Below are positions 39,979-53,388 of a stretch of DNA of 64,000 bases, piece after piece. The position numbers were made by a program, and so were the translations under genes. A model generated the notes under the pieces. That model searched no databases. It was not told the origin of the DNA and saw nothing but the letters and a program-made list of their open reading frames with translations. Source of the DNA: Octopus bimaculoides (Eukaryota). Location: contig NC_068986.1 in the NCBI RefSeq assembly GCF_001194135.2, positions 59,649,220 through 59,713,219 of the forward strand, read 5' to 3'. Position 1 is the first letter of the stretch. The number at the start of each line of letters is the position of its first letter.

Positions 39979-40761
39979 TAAGGTGGCAAGTCAGCTGAAT
40001 CATAAGCATGCTTAGCATCATTTCATCCATCTTTACATTTTGAGGCCAAATTCCACTAAAGTTGACTCTGCCTTTTATCCTTTCATGGCTGATAAAATAA
40101 GTACCAGTCAAGTGCTGGGGTCAATGTAATCAATTCCCCCCCCCCCTCAAAAAACTGCTGGCCTAGCATAAAAATTTGAAACCATTATCATTATTATTAT
40201 TAAGGGTGGTGAATTGGTAGCATAATAGAACATCAAACAAACTGCTTTGTAGTGTTTGTCTCAACATTTTACATTCTGAGTTCAAATCCTGTCAAAGTTA
40301 ACTTTGCTTTTCATCCTTCAAGAGTCAGTAAAATGAAGTAAAAGTCAAGTACTGGAGTTGATTTAATCAATTAATCCCTCCTGCCAAATTTCTGGCCATG
40401 TACCTATGTTAGAAACAATTATTATCGTGGAATCTTTTAACCAAAATATATATTTGTCAAGTTCAGTAACAGCAGAAAATGTTAAAATATGTTTAGTAGT
40501 AGTTTAGATTTAAAAAGAAAACAACCCAAAATATCTAACCATAAAGAAGAAATGAATGAAGAATGAACAATTGAATCACTTAAGTACTTTATTGAAACTT
40601 ATTTTATTGATTTCAGAATATTAAGTGCTACTTATCTAATCAAGTTCAGAGTGTTTGGAACAACAAAGTTCCTTGCCTCCATCATTGAAGGATTATCAGT
40701 AGTACTCCAGACTTCATGAATGTTTCAGTCATTTAAGTACTGTACAGCTCCTGTCATGCTA

Positions 40762-42112
40762 ACTTGACTAAATTGAATAAGTTTTCCAGTTAATTAAATT
40801 TATAAACTAGCAGGGCTTCCTACAATTTAACCTCAATTTTTATGCTAGAAATTTGGATATTCTGTACCATTTGAATGTAAGGCAAAGCATGTGAGTGTAT
40901 GTGCATGTGCACACAAAATAGAAAATGTACTAGTACCGTATCAAAATACCCTACTCAGTACCTCCTCTGTTATTACTTGCCAACTTCTCTACTATTCAAC
41001 AGGAACTAATGCTGCTTCTCCACAAATCCACACCATCCATCCCTTTCATGTACAACCACAACTAAAGCTTGAATCAACCTCCTGAGCCCCACTGCAATGC
41101 TCTTGCACCCAATCACCACTATCCATGGCTCTTCCTCCATCAACCATTTGTCTTGCACTCTTTCACTGTATACTTTCTTACCTTCTATTCTCTCAACCTC
41201 AGTATATTAGTCTTTGTTTTGTCACAAGCCTACAGGCTTATTAAGCTGAAGCTTAACCTCAGTATCCATGGTGTGTAAGTGATTTAGAGACCAGCAATCC
41301 CCAACCACTCTGAACAAGATGCCGATCCATCACAAGATTGAAGCTGCTGTTGATACTCATTTTTAGTTGAATAGATTGGGAACTGAAGCTATTATCTTCC
41401 AATCATAAGTCAAACACCCTAATCACAAGGTCATGCATCTTGATTCAGTATATTTTCTTCTTTTTTTTCTTTTTGTAGTTTCAGCTGGGGCATTTTTTTT
41501 AATATATACATGCAGAATTATAACTCAAAAATAGGAGGGATAGAATTAAATAATGCAGAGCATTTAGTCTGTTGTTCTACCAGACCGGTTTTATAACATC
41601 TAATGATGTACAAAGATTGCTCTATGCCAAAGACTTCTGGTAATAATGATTAAAAAAGATAGTCATTCTATTTGAAATCTAATGCTTCTTCACACAAAAG
41701 TAATATACACACACATATGCATGCAAACATACATACACAGCCAGACTAAATAATTTAATAAAAATAAAAAAAACTAAAAATACCACATTCAAATTTCTCA
41801 ATTGAAAGAAAAAGAGAAAGAGAAAGAAAGGAGAAAAAAAAGAAAGAAAGAACTCAAAATGTGAGTTTTTATACTAGTGAAACAAAGCATCTTTACATAT
41901 TACAATGTAAAAAAGGCAAGCTTTAACATGTAAATGGATCACTTGACTAAATTGAATAAGTTTTCCAGTTAATTAAATTTATAAACCACAATTTATAAAC
42001 TTACAATTTAACTTCAATCTTTATGCTAGAAATGTGGATATTCTGTATCATTTGGATGTTAGGCAAAGCATATGTGTGTGTGTGTGCACATGTGCACACA
42101 AAAGAGAAAATG
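40762..42112. repeat. Local ~170-bp direct duplication (40762-40927 and 41941-42112)
   Basis: Both copies share acttgactaaattgaataagttttccagttaattaaatttataaac...ggcaaagcat...gcacacaaaa.agaaaatg. Confidence 0.85.
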
Positions 42113-43639
42113 AGAGAAAGACAGCTGAGCAATGAACCTGTATAATAACCCTGATTCCACAGTAGCATAAAAGTTTCTCTAAAGATCATCTGATAGTGAT
42201 GACTTCTATATGACTGGTGAGAATAGGGATCCACCATTATCCTAATTAAAAATAAGAGATGATTTTTGATAAATATGTAATACAATATATTTTTCAACCA
42301 CTTGTTTATTACTGAGCTGTATTCTCCCTGTTCCTTTTACTGGAACTACTTCTGTGTAGTTGTCAATCTAATACCAATTGTTCTTTAAACCAATTTTTAA
42401 AAATATCTTGTCATTCTTACAGCAGTTGAATTGATACTTTTCCCAATATTTTCACCTTGACCACTGATTTTCTAGAATTCAAGTTGAGCACTAAGTATAT
42501 TAACTATACCCATTTATCCTTCTCTAACAGTCATGCAAGATTTGAAATGACTATGGGAACTGTTTTCACCTCTGGGGCCTAATAATGAAAAAAAAAATTA
42601 AGAACCTCAACTAATTTAGTTATCTGCAATTGTCTGAGATTCAAATACTTGTTACTGAAGCTCAAAAATCACATATTCAGCAAGTCATTCTCATTTGATT
42701 TATATTCATTCACTATAGATATTGTGCTCAATACCTATATGACATGGCCTTATAGGTGTCTTACATCTGCTAGATGATTCATATTTTATGGTTTCTAGGC
42801 AATGAAAAAGTAGTTCAATGTACAAGTCAATAACAGGGTCCATTATCTCAAGTGTATATTAGAAACATCACTCATCTAGTATACATATATTGCAGAAAGG
42901 TATGGTAAGTATGAGAAAACAAAAAAATGGCAGTAAGAAGTATAATGTTAAAGAAAAAGTTGAGTAAATTAGATTGAAAGGTGGTGGTCATGCAGATGAG
43001 ATGACCCAAACTCATATATACAGAGTTATAATATTTGCACAGATAAAGAAACAGATGTTAGTAAACAAGGTGGAGCTGTGTGTTAAGAAGTTTGCTTCCC
43101 AACCATATGGTTCTGGTCCAGTCCCATTGTGTGGAACCTTGAGCAAGTGTCTTCTTCTATAGCCTTGGGATGACCAAAGCCTTCTTAATAGATTTGATAG
43201 ATGGGAATTGAAAGAAGCCTGTAATGTATATGTGTGTGTGTATATATTTATGGGTGTGCATGTTTGTGTTTGTACCCCACCACTACTTGATAACCAGTGT
43301 TGGTTTGTTTATATCCCTTTTATTTAGTGGTTCAGCAAAAAATGACAGATAGAATAAATACCATGCTTAAAAGAAAAAAGTACTGGAGTCAGTTTGTTCA
43401 ACTAAACCCTTCAAAGCACTGCTCCAGCATGGTCAATGTCCCGGGACTGAAACATGTAAAAGCTAAAAGATAGATCATTACAATGTTAATATTGATGACA
43501 ATGGTTCTGATGAACATAAGAATATTTGAAGAAACTGGAAACTCCACTATTAAATGAGTGAGATACCTATTTTCCTTAGTTAAGTCGACTATTGTAACAT
43601 CACTGCTGCTGTTACCATTGACACCATCAGCATCATGTT

Positions 43640-44050
43640 CACACTGACTATAGTCTCAAAGCAGTGTATGAAAAGTAGATCCCTCACATTCATAGGTTTC
43701 AATCCTGAGCTGCTGAATCTAGCTATGGGTATCAATGTTCAGTCTCTTCAAGCTTCCTATGTTCATTGAGATCAATCATCCTTATATGTTCATTGAGATC
43801 AATCCTTATATGTTCATTGAGATCAATCTAATTTCTCGTACTATTAGCTGGTTGTGAATATAGCATTCATCTTGATAATCAAGTTTTCTCCAATCTTTAG
43901 ACATGCATAAACCAACAGAAATTTCACTGTGCCAATATCTTTTCCATGCCAGCTTCTTCTAGGATAAAGGTGTTCCTTGTCTTCCTAGGTGATGTTCAGA
44001 TATTTCATCATGAATGCACACAATCTTTTTTTACTTGTCTGTGAAATAAC
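43640..44050 (-). mobile_element. Degraded RTE LINE fragment
   Basis: Minus strand MKYLNIT*EDKE... resembles the RTE LRRILKITWQDK region; many stops. Confidence 0.45.
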
Positions 44051-44104
44051 ATCCATGCTGCCTATCCATACAATAGGATGAAAATGCTTTTTTGCTCAGT
44101 ATAC

Positions 44105-44412
44105 TTTGCACTTCACTTGGATTGTAATGTGTTTGAACTGTAATTTAATTTGACTGTAAATGTGCTTTGAATGTAATGTAATGAAACTCTGGTGTGCTTT
44201 GAATGCATTGTGCTTGGACTGTAGTGTGTTTGGATTGTAATGGTTTTGGACTGTGATATGTTGGACCTTAATGCACTTTGACTTCAATGTGCTTTGCATG
44301 TATTGTGTTGGACTGTAATGTGCTTCAATTGTAATATGTTTGGACTGTGATGTGTTTACTTTTCCACAGAACACTTTGTGTTTCACTTGGACTTTAATAA
44401 TGTTTGGACTGT
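44105..44412. repeat. Degenerate ~16-bp minisatellite (tttggactgtaatgtg)
   Basis: Motif variants recur throughout about 300 bp. Confidence 0.75.
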
Positions 44413-46786
44413 TCCACAAGATGACAGTCAACTGGAAGAGTTGTTACAGCATTGGATAGTATGCTGCATAGTATTTGCTCCAAATCTCTGTGCCCCGAGT
44501 TCAAATCCTGGCAAAGTTGAATTTACCTTTCAACCTATTTGGGGTTAATAAAAAAAAAATACTAATTCAAGGCAGGGCATTGACAGAACTCTAAGAGTGC
44601 CAGACCAGATACCTTGTGATATTTGTTCTGGTTCTTTGCATTCTGAGTTCAAATATTGCCATGGATTATTTGGGTAGTAGGCTTAATCCATTGCCCAGTT
44701 TAACACCACCACCTGACACCTTCACTGGTTTCCAAAAAATCCACACTTACAAACAATTCGAGGATACCTACTCCTTCCCATCAATCTCAGAGGCTCTATG
44801 ATGTGTCATGAGCACTGCTTTCTTTTGTGGTTAAAAAACACCACAAAACAAAATAACTTCTAAATGTTGAGCTAGCCTTGCTCTTATATAATCTAGTTCT
44901 TTACTCAGCCTACTAAGATTATTGATTATTATAATTTTCACTTTTTACTGTATTTAAATATAGTAGTTAATCTTAAACTTTTAATCTCACATTATAATAA
45001 AATCACACTTTCTCTTTAAAAAAGCACATTTACTTGACTATCAATCTACTTTGTTGCATATATTCAGTCAAAATAGAAACCTTATCCAGCAAGCCAAAAT
45101 GAGTTTAAATTACAGTGTTTAAAACTTACATTTTCCATCCTCAGCACTAAAATATCATAATAGCAATCACTTATATAGTCTAGATTATAGATAAAACTAA
45201 AGGTAAACCACATAACATTGTAATTCTATGTAGCCAATTGACCTGCCAGAATTAACAGCCAAATTACCTTTAAAATTCATGTTGCCATATTAAAAATAGT
45301 TTTATATACTAGAAAAAATTATTCGAAATGCCTAAAATATATGCATGTCATGGCCAGAATGATGGAAGTACAACCTAACAACAACACCATATGAAATTAT
45401 AATTTCATATTCAAGAACAGAGATGATAATGATGATGGAAGCATGTAATGTTCAGTTACATGAAAGTAAGCTTTTTTTTAAACATAAAAGTAATTCGCAT
45501 CTGTGTATGTATATGTAATGAATATGTGTGCGTGTGTGTATGCTTATATGTGTGCAAGTATGCATGAGAAGCAATTGGCAACATATACATGTGGGTGGAG
45601 CTTTCACCTGGTATGTAGGTTATGGAAAGAATTTTTCTGAATTCAAGTTTTACAATGACATTCTTTTCTAGCCAGTGATTAAAAATGAGAAAAATATAAG
45701 GCCAGCATTTTATTACTGTTAAATAGTTAGAGTGGCATTTATCTAAGATTTCATTGTCCTTTACTAGTTTGGTTAAATCACTAAACACTTTTTATGACCT
45801 TCTTTCAAAAGAAACATTCAGCTAATTGAAACCTATACTAATATTACAGAGGCCTTTAAGTATGAAGTATTTTGTAGTCTAAAACTACAAGTCTAATTAA
45901 AAAGATGGTCTCACAAACCAATTGCTTGTGAGAGTACATCTTCATATTCATATAACTTTTATGTCCAATCTCATTACTTCTCTTCTTTACATGTATGTGT
46001 GCTTATATGTGTGTGTATGTGTGTGTGTATGTATGTGTATATGAGAGAACTTACAAGAAATTGTTGCTGCTTATAAAAGAGCAAAGTAACAAGAAAGGCC
46101 TAAATATGAGTGATCAACTGAGATACTAAGACACTTGTTTAAGAGCATCTCAAGCCTATTCCTGTTGTTAGGTTCTGAAGAACACAATATTTCCAGTGAC
46201 AGCTGGTGATATCTGAACTTGGAACATACATAGCCAAAGCAGATACTGTGAGTTTACCTAATCTGATGCTCTAGCATTCTGCCAGTTCACTAAACTGGAT
46301 TACTACTTTATTTTATTGCTCCTGAAAGGATGAGAGGCAAAGCTAGCTGAAGTAGGATGGAAACTTAGAATCTTTTATCATTTACTTGTTTCAGTCATTA
46401 GACTGTGGCCATGCTGGGACACTGCCTTGAAGAATCTTTTAGTGAAATGAATCAACTCCAGGACTAATTTTTTTAAAGCTTGATACTTATTCTATTAGTC
46501 TCTTCTAACACCAGTTGTCAAGTGGTGGTGAGGGGCAAACCGACACAAACACACACATGGTGGGCATCTTTCAGCTTCTGTCTACCAAATCCACTCATAA
46601 AGCTTTGGATTGCCACTTAAGGCTATAACAGAAGGATGCCATGGAGTGGAACTGAACCTGGAACCATGTGGTTGGGAAGCAAGCTCCATACCACACAGCC
46701 ATGCCTGTGCTTACAGAATGTAGAATGTCAAAACAAATACCAAAAGTCATTCTATCCAATGTACTTTTAACGTTACCAATTTGACA

Positions 46787-46825
<39 letters not shown>

Positions 46826-47143
46826 NNNNNNNNNNNNNNNNNNNNNNNNNNNNNNNNNNNNNNNNNNNNNNNNNNNNNNNNNNNNNNNNNNNNNNNNNNN
46901 NNNNNNNNNNNNNNNNNNNNNNNNNNNNNNNNNNNNNNNNNNNNNNNNNNNNNNNNNNNNNNNNNNNNNNNNNNNNNNNNNNNNNNNNNNNNNNNNNNNN
47001 NNNNNNNNNNNNNNNNNNNNNNNNNNNNNNNNNNNACAAAAATGAAATAAAATAAACTTTGGCCAAGCTAGCAAATGCTGAAAGACACTGTGTTCTGCTG
47101 TCTAAAAATCAAAATAGCTACCCAAAGAACTCCACTTCATTAA

Positions 47144-47363
47144 CCCTTTTGATATCAACTCGGCCGAAACCGCCTCTGGCTCTGTAGTACAAATGTCTTG
47201 TTTTCATAAGTTTTGAATTAAAATCTTCCACCAAACTTTAGTCACAATTTATGTTCCTAATACTACCTGAATGATAACTAAGTTATTTTACTGAATTCTT
47301 TGTTATATTTAAAGTAATTGAAAGAAACACAGAACATCTCAAAAAAATATGGTAATAAAAGGG
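47144..47363. mobile_element. piggyBac-like MITE
   Basis: TTAA|CCCTTTT...AAAAGGG|CTAA (mutated TTAA). A related left end begins at 17439. Confidence 0.65.
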
Positions 47364-47800
47364 CTAAAGCATGCATCTCCTCCTGGCTATACACAAAATC
47401 TGTTAATTCAGCTGTCAAGCAGCTAGGACTCACAGAATGTCAAGCAAGAAAACTAAAACACACGATGTTACAAAACATCAAAATAAGAAAAAGGAACAGA
47501 GTCAATGATTATTGAAGAGGTTGCAAAGAGCAACAAAAAAAGTAAATGAGTGGAAATCGAACCAGTGTGTGTATTAATTAATAAGGCATTAAAACAGAAT
47601 GATTCTCACCATACACAATAAAATATGCTTCAACACACGAATTCTCATAAAGAATCTTGCAAACCAAATACAAAAATGAAATATATCTGTAAAAGTATAC
47701 TGAACTAACATAGTTTATATTGTAAATATACATATATACTTATCTCATGAATTTCTCTTTGTCTGTCTCACTCTTCATTCATTTTTCTCATTTCATTCAC

Positions 47801-47841
<41 letters not shown>

Positions 47842-50298
47842 TGCGTGCGTGCACGCAAGTGCTTGCATGTATTGGAGATATTCCTCTGCTTGGCTTTGTA
47901 TGTTTAAAAAGCATTCCTCATAACAATTTTCTTCTCATTTATAGGCTAAAACACTTGGCTGAAGCAACAGCTCTTCTTCTCAAGATTTCCTGTTGTTAAG
48001 GAAGAGTTTTTTTTTGTTAAGAAGAGTTTTTTTTATCAACAATCTTCAGAGAATCAACATTGATTTTACACACAAATCTGTTTTTGAAGTAACAGTTTTG
48101 TTCATGCATCTATCACACCTGATGGCACCCAAGATTATTTTTTATCTTTTACTTCTTTCAGTCATTAGACTTTGGCCATGCTGAGGCACTACCTTCAAGA
48201 ATTTTAGTTGAACTAATTGACTCCAGTACTTATTTTCTTTTTAAGCCTGGTACTTATTCTATCTGTTTCTTTTGCTGAACTGCTATTTGGGGAACATAAA
48301 CACACCAATACTGGTTGTCAAGTGATGGGGTGAGGGAGAACAAACACAGACACACACACGTACCATGGGCTTCTTTCAGTTTCTGTCTTCCAAATCCACT
48401 CAAAAAGTTTTAGTCGGCCAGAGGTTATAGTAGAAAACACTTGCACAAGGTGCCATGCAGTAGAAGTGAACCTGGAACCATGTGGTTGGGAAGTAAACCT
48501 CTTACCACATCTAACAATGTTTATTAATTAGTTGAGAAGATGGTTGATAATATTTCTTTTATGTTTTAACAATACAAAGAAAATTTTGTTTTCTATCTGA
48601 ATTAAGTTACATTTGGAATTAACAACAATTTCTTACACAGGCTCAGGCACAGGCTTTTGGTTCCAAGTTCGATCCTACAATATAGGAGGATTATAGAAGA
48701 GTGTCGTTTATAGTAGCTTTGAGTTGACCAATATGTTTTAGGATAAATCTGGTTGACAATATTTGTGCAGGAATCTCATACTGTCATGTGTATATGCACA
48801 TGCAAATATATGTCCCACCACTGCCATTTTTATTGTCACCATCACTTTCACTTTTCTTTGCTTTCATGGATCAAATGAAACTTGAGGCAAATATTCTATG
48901 GCCAAACGATGTCACCAACCTTCACCTATTTCCAAGCAATATTTTGCCTCGTCCTTTGCGTAGAAGCAGTTCATATTTTCATGGAAGATTGCAGACAAAT
49001 TACACTGTTTTTGAATGAATGATGACTTCATTTACAATGAGCATGCATATATCAAAACAAGGAAGCACAAACACACATATATGTATATAATGGGCTTCTT
49101 ACAGGTTCCATGAGCCTAAAACTATGTGTTTGCAAAGTGAACTCTTTAACTACACAGCCATTCTTGTATCTGGAAATGTTTTATCACCACCTGTGAGATA
49201 CTGTGTCTGCTGTAAACCATATAGCTATGCTAATCACTACAGCAAAGTAACAAAGTATGTGTATGTGCATTTATTTGTAAAACAATACAAGTTATGTACA
49301 CTTTTGTCAACTACGTAACATAGCTATTCAGTAAACATACAAGATCAATAAAATATGTTTTCAGACTGAAATAAGTTATGGGATTGATATGAATGACTGA
49401 AATTCTTAAGGTGGTGCCCCAGCTTGGCAACAGTCCTGTGACTGAAACTGGTAAAGGAATAAAACAGGTAAAAGACCATATATTTTGTTGAATGAAGGTA
49501 CAGCTATGGTTCACAACACAAACACTGATATGTGATTTTGTCTGAACCCAAAATTATGAGCTCAAAAATGGTTCAGGTGAAACTTGAAATCAGAGTGAAA
49601 AAGAAACTAACTAAATATCACATTTAGTCCAATACTATAGACTTTCTACCATTTTACTATGTTAATGATAATTATAACTATTAACTATCTGTGGGGTTGT
49701 GAACTGGCAGGGTCATTACAGCACTGGATTAAATGACTTGGGATATTTACTCTGTTTTTTTTTTATGCTCTAAGTTGAAATCCATTAAAGCTAATAAAAT
49801 AAAGTACCAACAAGTACTGGGGATGATATAATCAACTAATTCCCTTCCCTCAAAATCACTGTCTTATACTTAAATTAGAAACAATTATTAGGCTGCTGTA
49901 GTGACTAGTCTTTTCTTACAACACAGTTCACAATTACTTGCTCAGAACATTGCATTTCATTGTGTAAAAACAGAAGCCACTAGGTTGTTGCTTGACCTGC
50001 TAACAACCTAAGATTAGCAGCCAAATCTTCCTCAAATCACATCAGACCATTCCATCCCAGAATGGACACAAGATAAACAAACTTCTAAAATGACAGGATT
50101 GTCATGCTGGAGTGCCTTTGATAAGAGGTCAGCTCAATCAGATCTGACCTAAGGATAAACAAACATAACGACTACATTTGTAATACATTCAATATGTACG
50201 ATTACATGACTTCTATGTAAAACTTCACAAAATTAAGTGATTAATGTGCCAACATACAAGCTTTTATTTACGATGATTCTCTCTCTCTTTCTCACTCA

Positions 50299-50375
<77 letters not shown>

Positions 50376-51425
50376 ACCTCTCTTTATATTATGACTTTTG
50401 CTGCTATTTCTAATCTCCTTCATATGAAAGGTTTTTCAAATGCTTATCCTGATAACAATATCATTTTCTAAGTAACTGATGATGCTGTTGTTGTTGTTAA
50501 GCCTCAAGAAGCAAAGGCATTGCAGCTGTGAACTCCTTTTCTACTTAGAAGTATCTATGACTACATTTCCTAATGTGTCCTTTCCTATTTGAAGACTGTA
50601 GAGTATGAGTTAAGAGTAATTTAACTACTATTTCTAGCAGGCTGAGCAATTACTTAAAGGCTTTTTTTTTACTGGCAACTTTAAGCAGTTGCTAAAGTCT
50701 ATAAATGTTATCCTTTATTAATTCACAAAGACTGGTAGATTGGCAGACTTGTTTGTGCATCAAATGCAATATTCATTCCAGTTGTTTAAGTTTTGAATCC
50801 AAGTTTTGCTAAGGTTAACTTCACTATACTTTTCTCCCAGATCAATAAAATACCAGCCAAGAATGAAGTTTATATAAATGACTAAATTCCCCCTATAATT
50901 GTGTGTGACCTTGCTGATGTTATAAATTATCATTTATTCATTCAAAAGCAAATGAATTGAGGAGAGAACAGGGTGGAATTGAATGCCTAACATTAATTTA
51001 TGTGACTTTATTTCTGAGTCCAAATCCCATCAGAGTTGTATCTACCTTTTATCGTTCTAGTATTGATAAAATACTTCATTGTGATAAACTGGTGTTGACT
51101 GAATTTTCCATGAAGGAAATCTAATTTATTTTAGGGTGTTTCAAGAAGACCTTAATTAGGTTACCTTAATTATGAATAAATAAATAAAAAGCAAAAAGGT
51201 ACATGCAACAGGTTGCTTACAAATATTACCTCCAAATACAAATATTACCTCCAAAGGAGGGATAATTGAATGACAATAAATTTGGTTGCTGTGAGGAATA
51301 GATGAAAAAAAAAACTGATGTTTTAGATTAAAGACTCTTCAACAGAGTGAGTTCAAGTTATGATCCTCATCTGTTTCTTTAGATTATAAATTCTACTCTT
51401 GATCAAAATATCAAAAATAACTTAC

Positions 51426-51548
51426 CATAGCTGAGAAATAGTCTTTCAAGAATTGCTCTTCCAGTGACTTGGCACTCTTTAGATTGTCAACACAAGAGTT
51501 ATATTTCTCCAAAATACGTTTTCCTTCTGTCGAGATCCATACATTTAA
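51426..51548 (-). CDS. PLEKHG4-like: Internal coding exon C (LNVWISTEGKRILEKYNSCVDNLKSAKSLEEQFLKDYFSAM)
   Basis: 123 nt = 41 codons, gctacag acceptor, ATG|gtaag donor, phase 0-0. Carries the spectrin-repeat Trp. Too short for the ORF track; found by reading the minus strand. Confidence 0.88.
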
Positions 51549-53388
51549 CTGTAGCAATAAAAATTAGAAGAAGAGTTTAATCATAAGATTAAGTTTAAAA
51601 ACTGCTAAAAGATTACTACTTAGAAATAGTTATAATACAATAGTATATTATAATTTGCTTCCAATAACACATTATCATCACCACTAGTAATGCTACTATT
51701 AATCCTTATGTAATGAAGGAGAAAAAATGGGTGAAGGATTGGGAAAATCATAATAGTGTTGGAGAAAATGCCTGAAAGCATTTTGTTATGATACTTTACA
51801 TTCTGAATTTCAATAATGCTGAAGTCTGCTTTGTCTTTCATCTTTCCAGAGTTGATAAAATAAAGTACCAATCAGAGTTATGACATCAGCTAAACCATTC
51901 CTTTCAACATTGTTATTCTTGTGTCTAAATTAGAAACTATTACTCTATGGATAAGCCTCTAAGGAGTTAATCTATCTGCTAGAAACTGAAGCCAAATCTC
52001 CCTCAAATTGAATGATTTCAGGAAGATTTGGCTGCAGTTTCTAGCAAATAAGACTAAAATTAAAAAAAAAAAAGAGCCACACTAGACATAGTTATACAAA
52101 ATTTTGGATGGTCCTAGACTGTCTTTGGCCATGAATTCTGCTTCATTTGGTCTGCTGGTCTGGGTTCTACAATGATAAGTACGATAACTATACTGCTATA
52201 ACATTTTTCAACGTAGTGGATTGAGCATCAGATAGAATACCTTACAGTATTTGTTCCCACTCTCTGTGTTCTAAATTCAAATCCTATTAATGTCAAATTT
52301 GTATTTCATTCTTTTGGAATCAATCCACCATAACATTTTCCAATTTGAGGTATCAAGAAAGTTCAGAGAATGGAATAAATTACAAAGTAGTATGTAGTTT
52401 ACTATATCAATGTATATACAATTTTTGAAACAGCTAGCAACAAAGACCTAAGTGTATACAAGAAACCAAGAAACTTCCAGTCAGTCCAATGGAGATAATA
52501 GTGGATTGAAGAAATATTGCTAAAGTGGATGCTATAAAAGTAATAATATACATTGTTAAAGGTTATTAGTGCATCTAGAAGGTGCAACTATTGTTCAATA
52601 CTTAGCTGCAATAAACTGTAGAAAACATGGTGACGGTTTATACAAACAAGATATTATTATATGATACAAGGAACTGAATAAAGATATTTTAATAATAGAA
52701 ACTGCTTAGAGATGATGCGGGGAATTTCTTTGAAAAGTTATTCAGAAACTGTAAAATTTAGTTTTGGAGTAATTTAAAATGTTGCTTTAGAGAGATGGGA
52801 AGAAAATTCTTTTTGGATGATGAAAGAATTTGTCTTTAGGTGATGCAGGAAATTGTTTTGAGCTGATACAATATGAGAGAAGGGGAAAGAGACAGAGAGG
52901 GAAAGAAAAGGGGGAAGATAGCAGAATCTGAATGAAATTTACAGCTACTAGATTTTAATTAAAATTTAAAATGAATCATCTCTCTTTGTTTCACTTTGGA
53001 GATAATAAAGATGAAAATTTTAATGCACCACCAGAGGCAATAAGAGACTTATAGGGGCTGGTTTATACTTAACTCCAGTTTCACAGTGTGGTGCTGTTGT
53101 AGAAAACATTGTCAGTGCTCAGGTGCCTATTTGTCATAGCTCTAATGTTAGCTGTGATTCGAATTTAGACAGGGAGAAGTATACTGTATAAATACACAAC
53201 AAAATTTATCTACTGTGGATTTGAAGTGAAGACACGAGTTGATAATCCAATACAATAACCAGCTGATCATTTTAATGAAACTGAGCATTTTTAAAGGGGA
53301 GGGAGAGAGAGAGAGAGAATGTGTGTGTGTGTGTGTAAAATGATTAACAACATGTGTAACAACAGTACTCCGGGTTTATATATATATA

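Larger units (their letters stand above)
37533..40425 (+). mobile_element. Cluster of about 9-10 SINE A copies, mostly head-to-tail and often separated by (TAT)n
   Basis: gagttcaaat...ctttcat...agtaccag cores recur near 37600, 38060, 38450, 38790, 39015, 39175, 39390, 40040 and 40275; one inverted partial copy near 37795. Confidence 0.8.
1385..51425 (-). other. ~50 kb GT-AG intron between exons C and D
   Basis: No intervening homologous exon found and phases match. Length is approximate because the intron contains N-gaps, which could hide an exon. Confidence 0.65.

Noticed and set aside
43758-43830. ~25-bp unit x3, plus small duplications at 36770, 34790, 51221 and 59420
   Set aside because: Ordinary slippage products.
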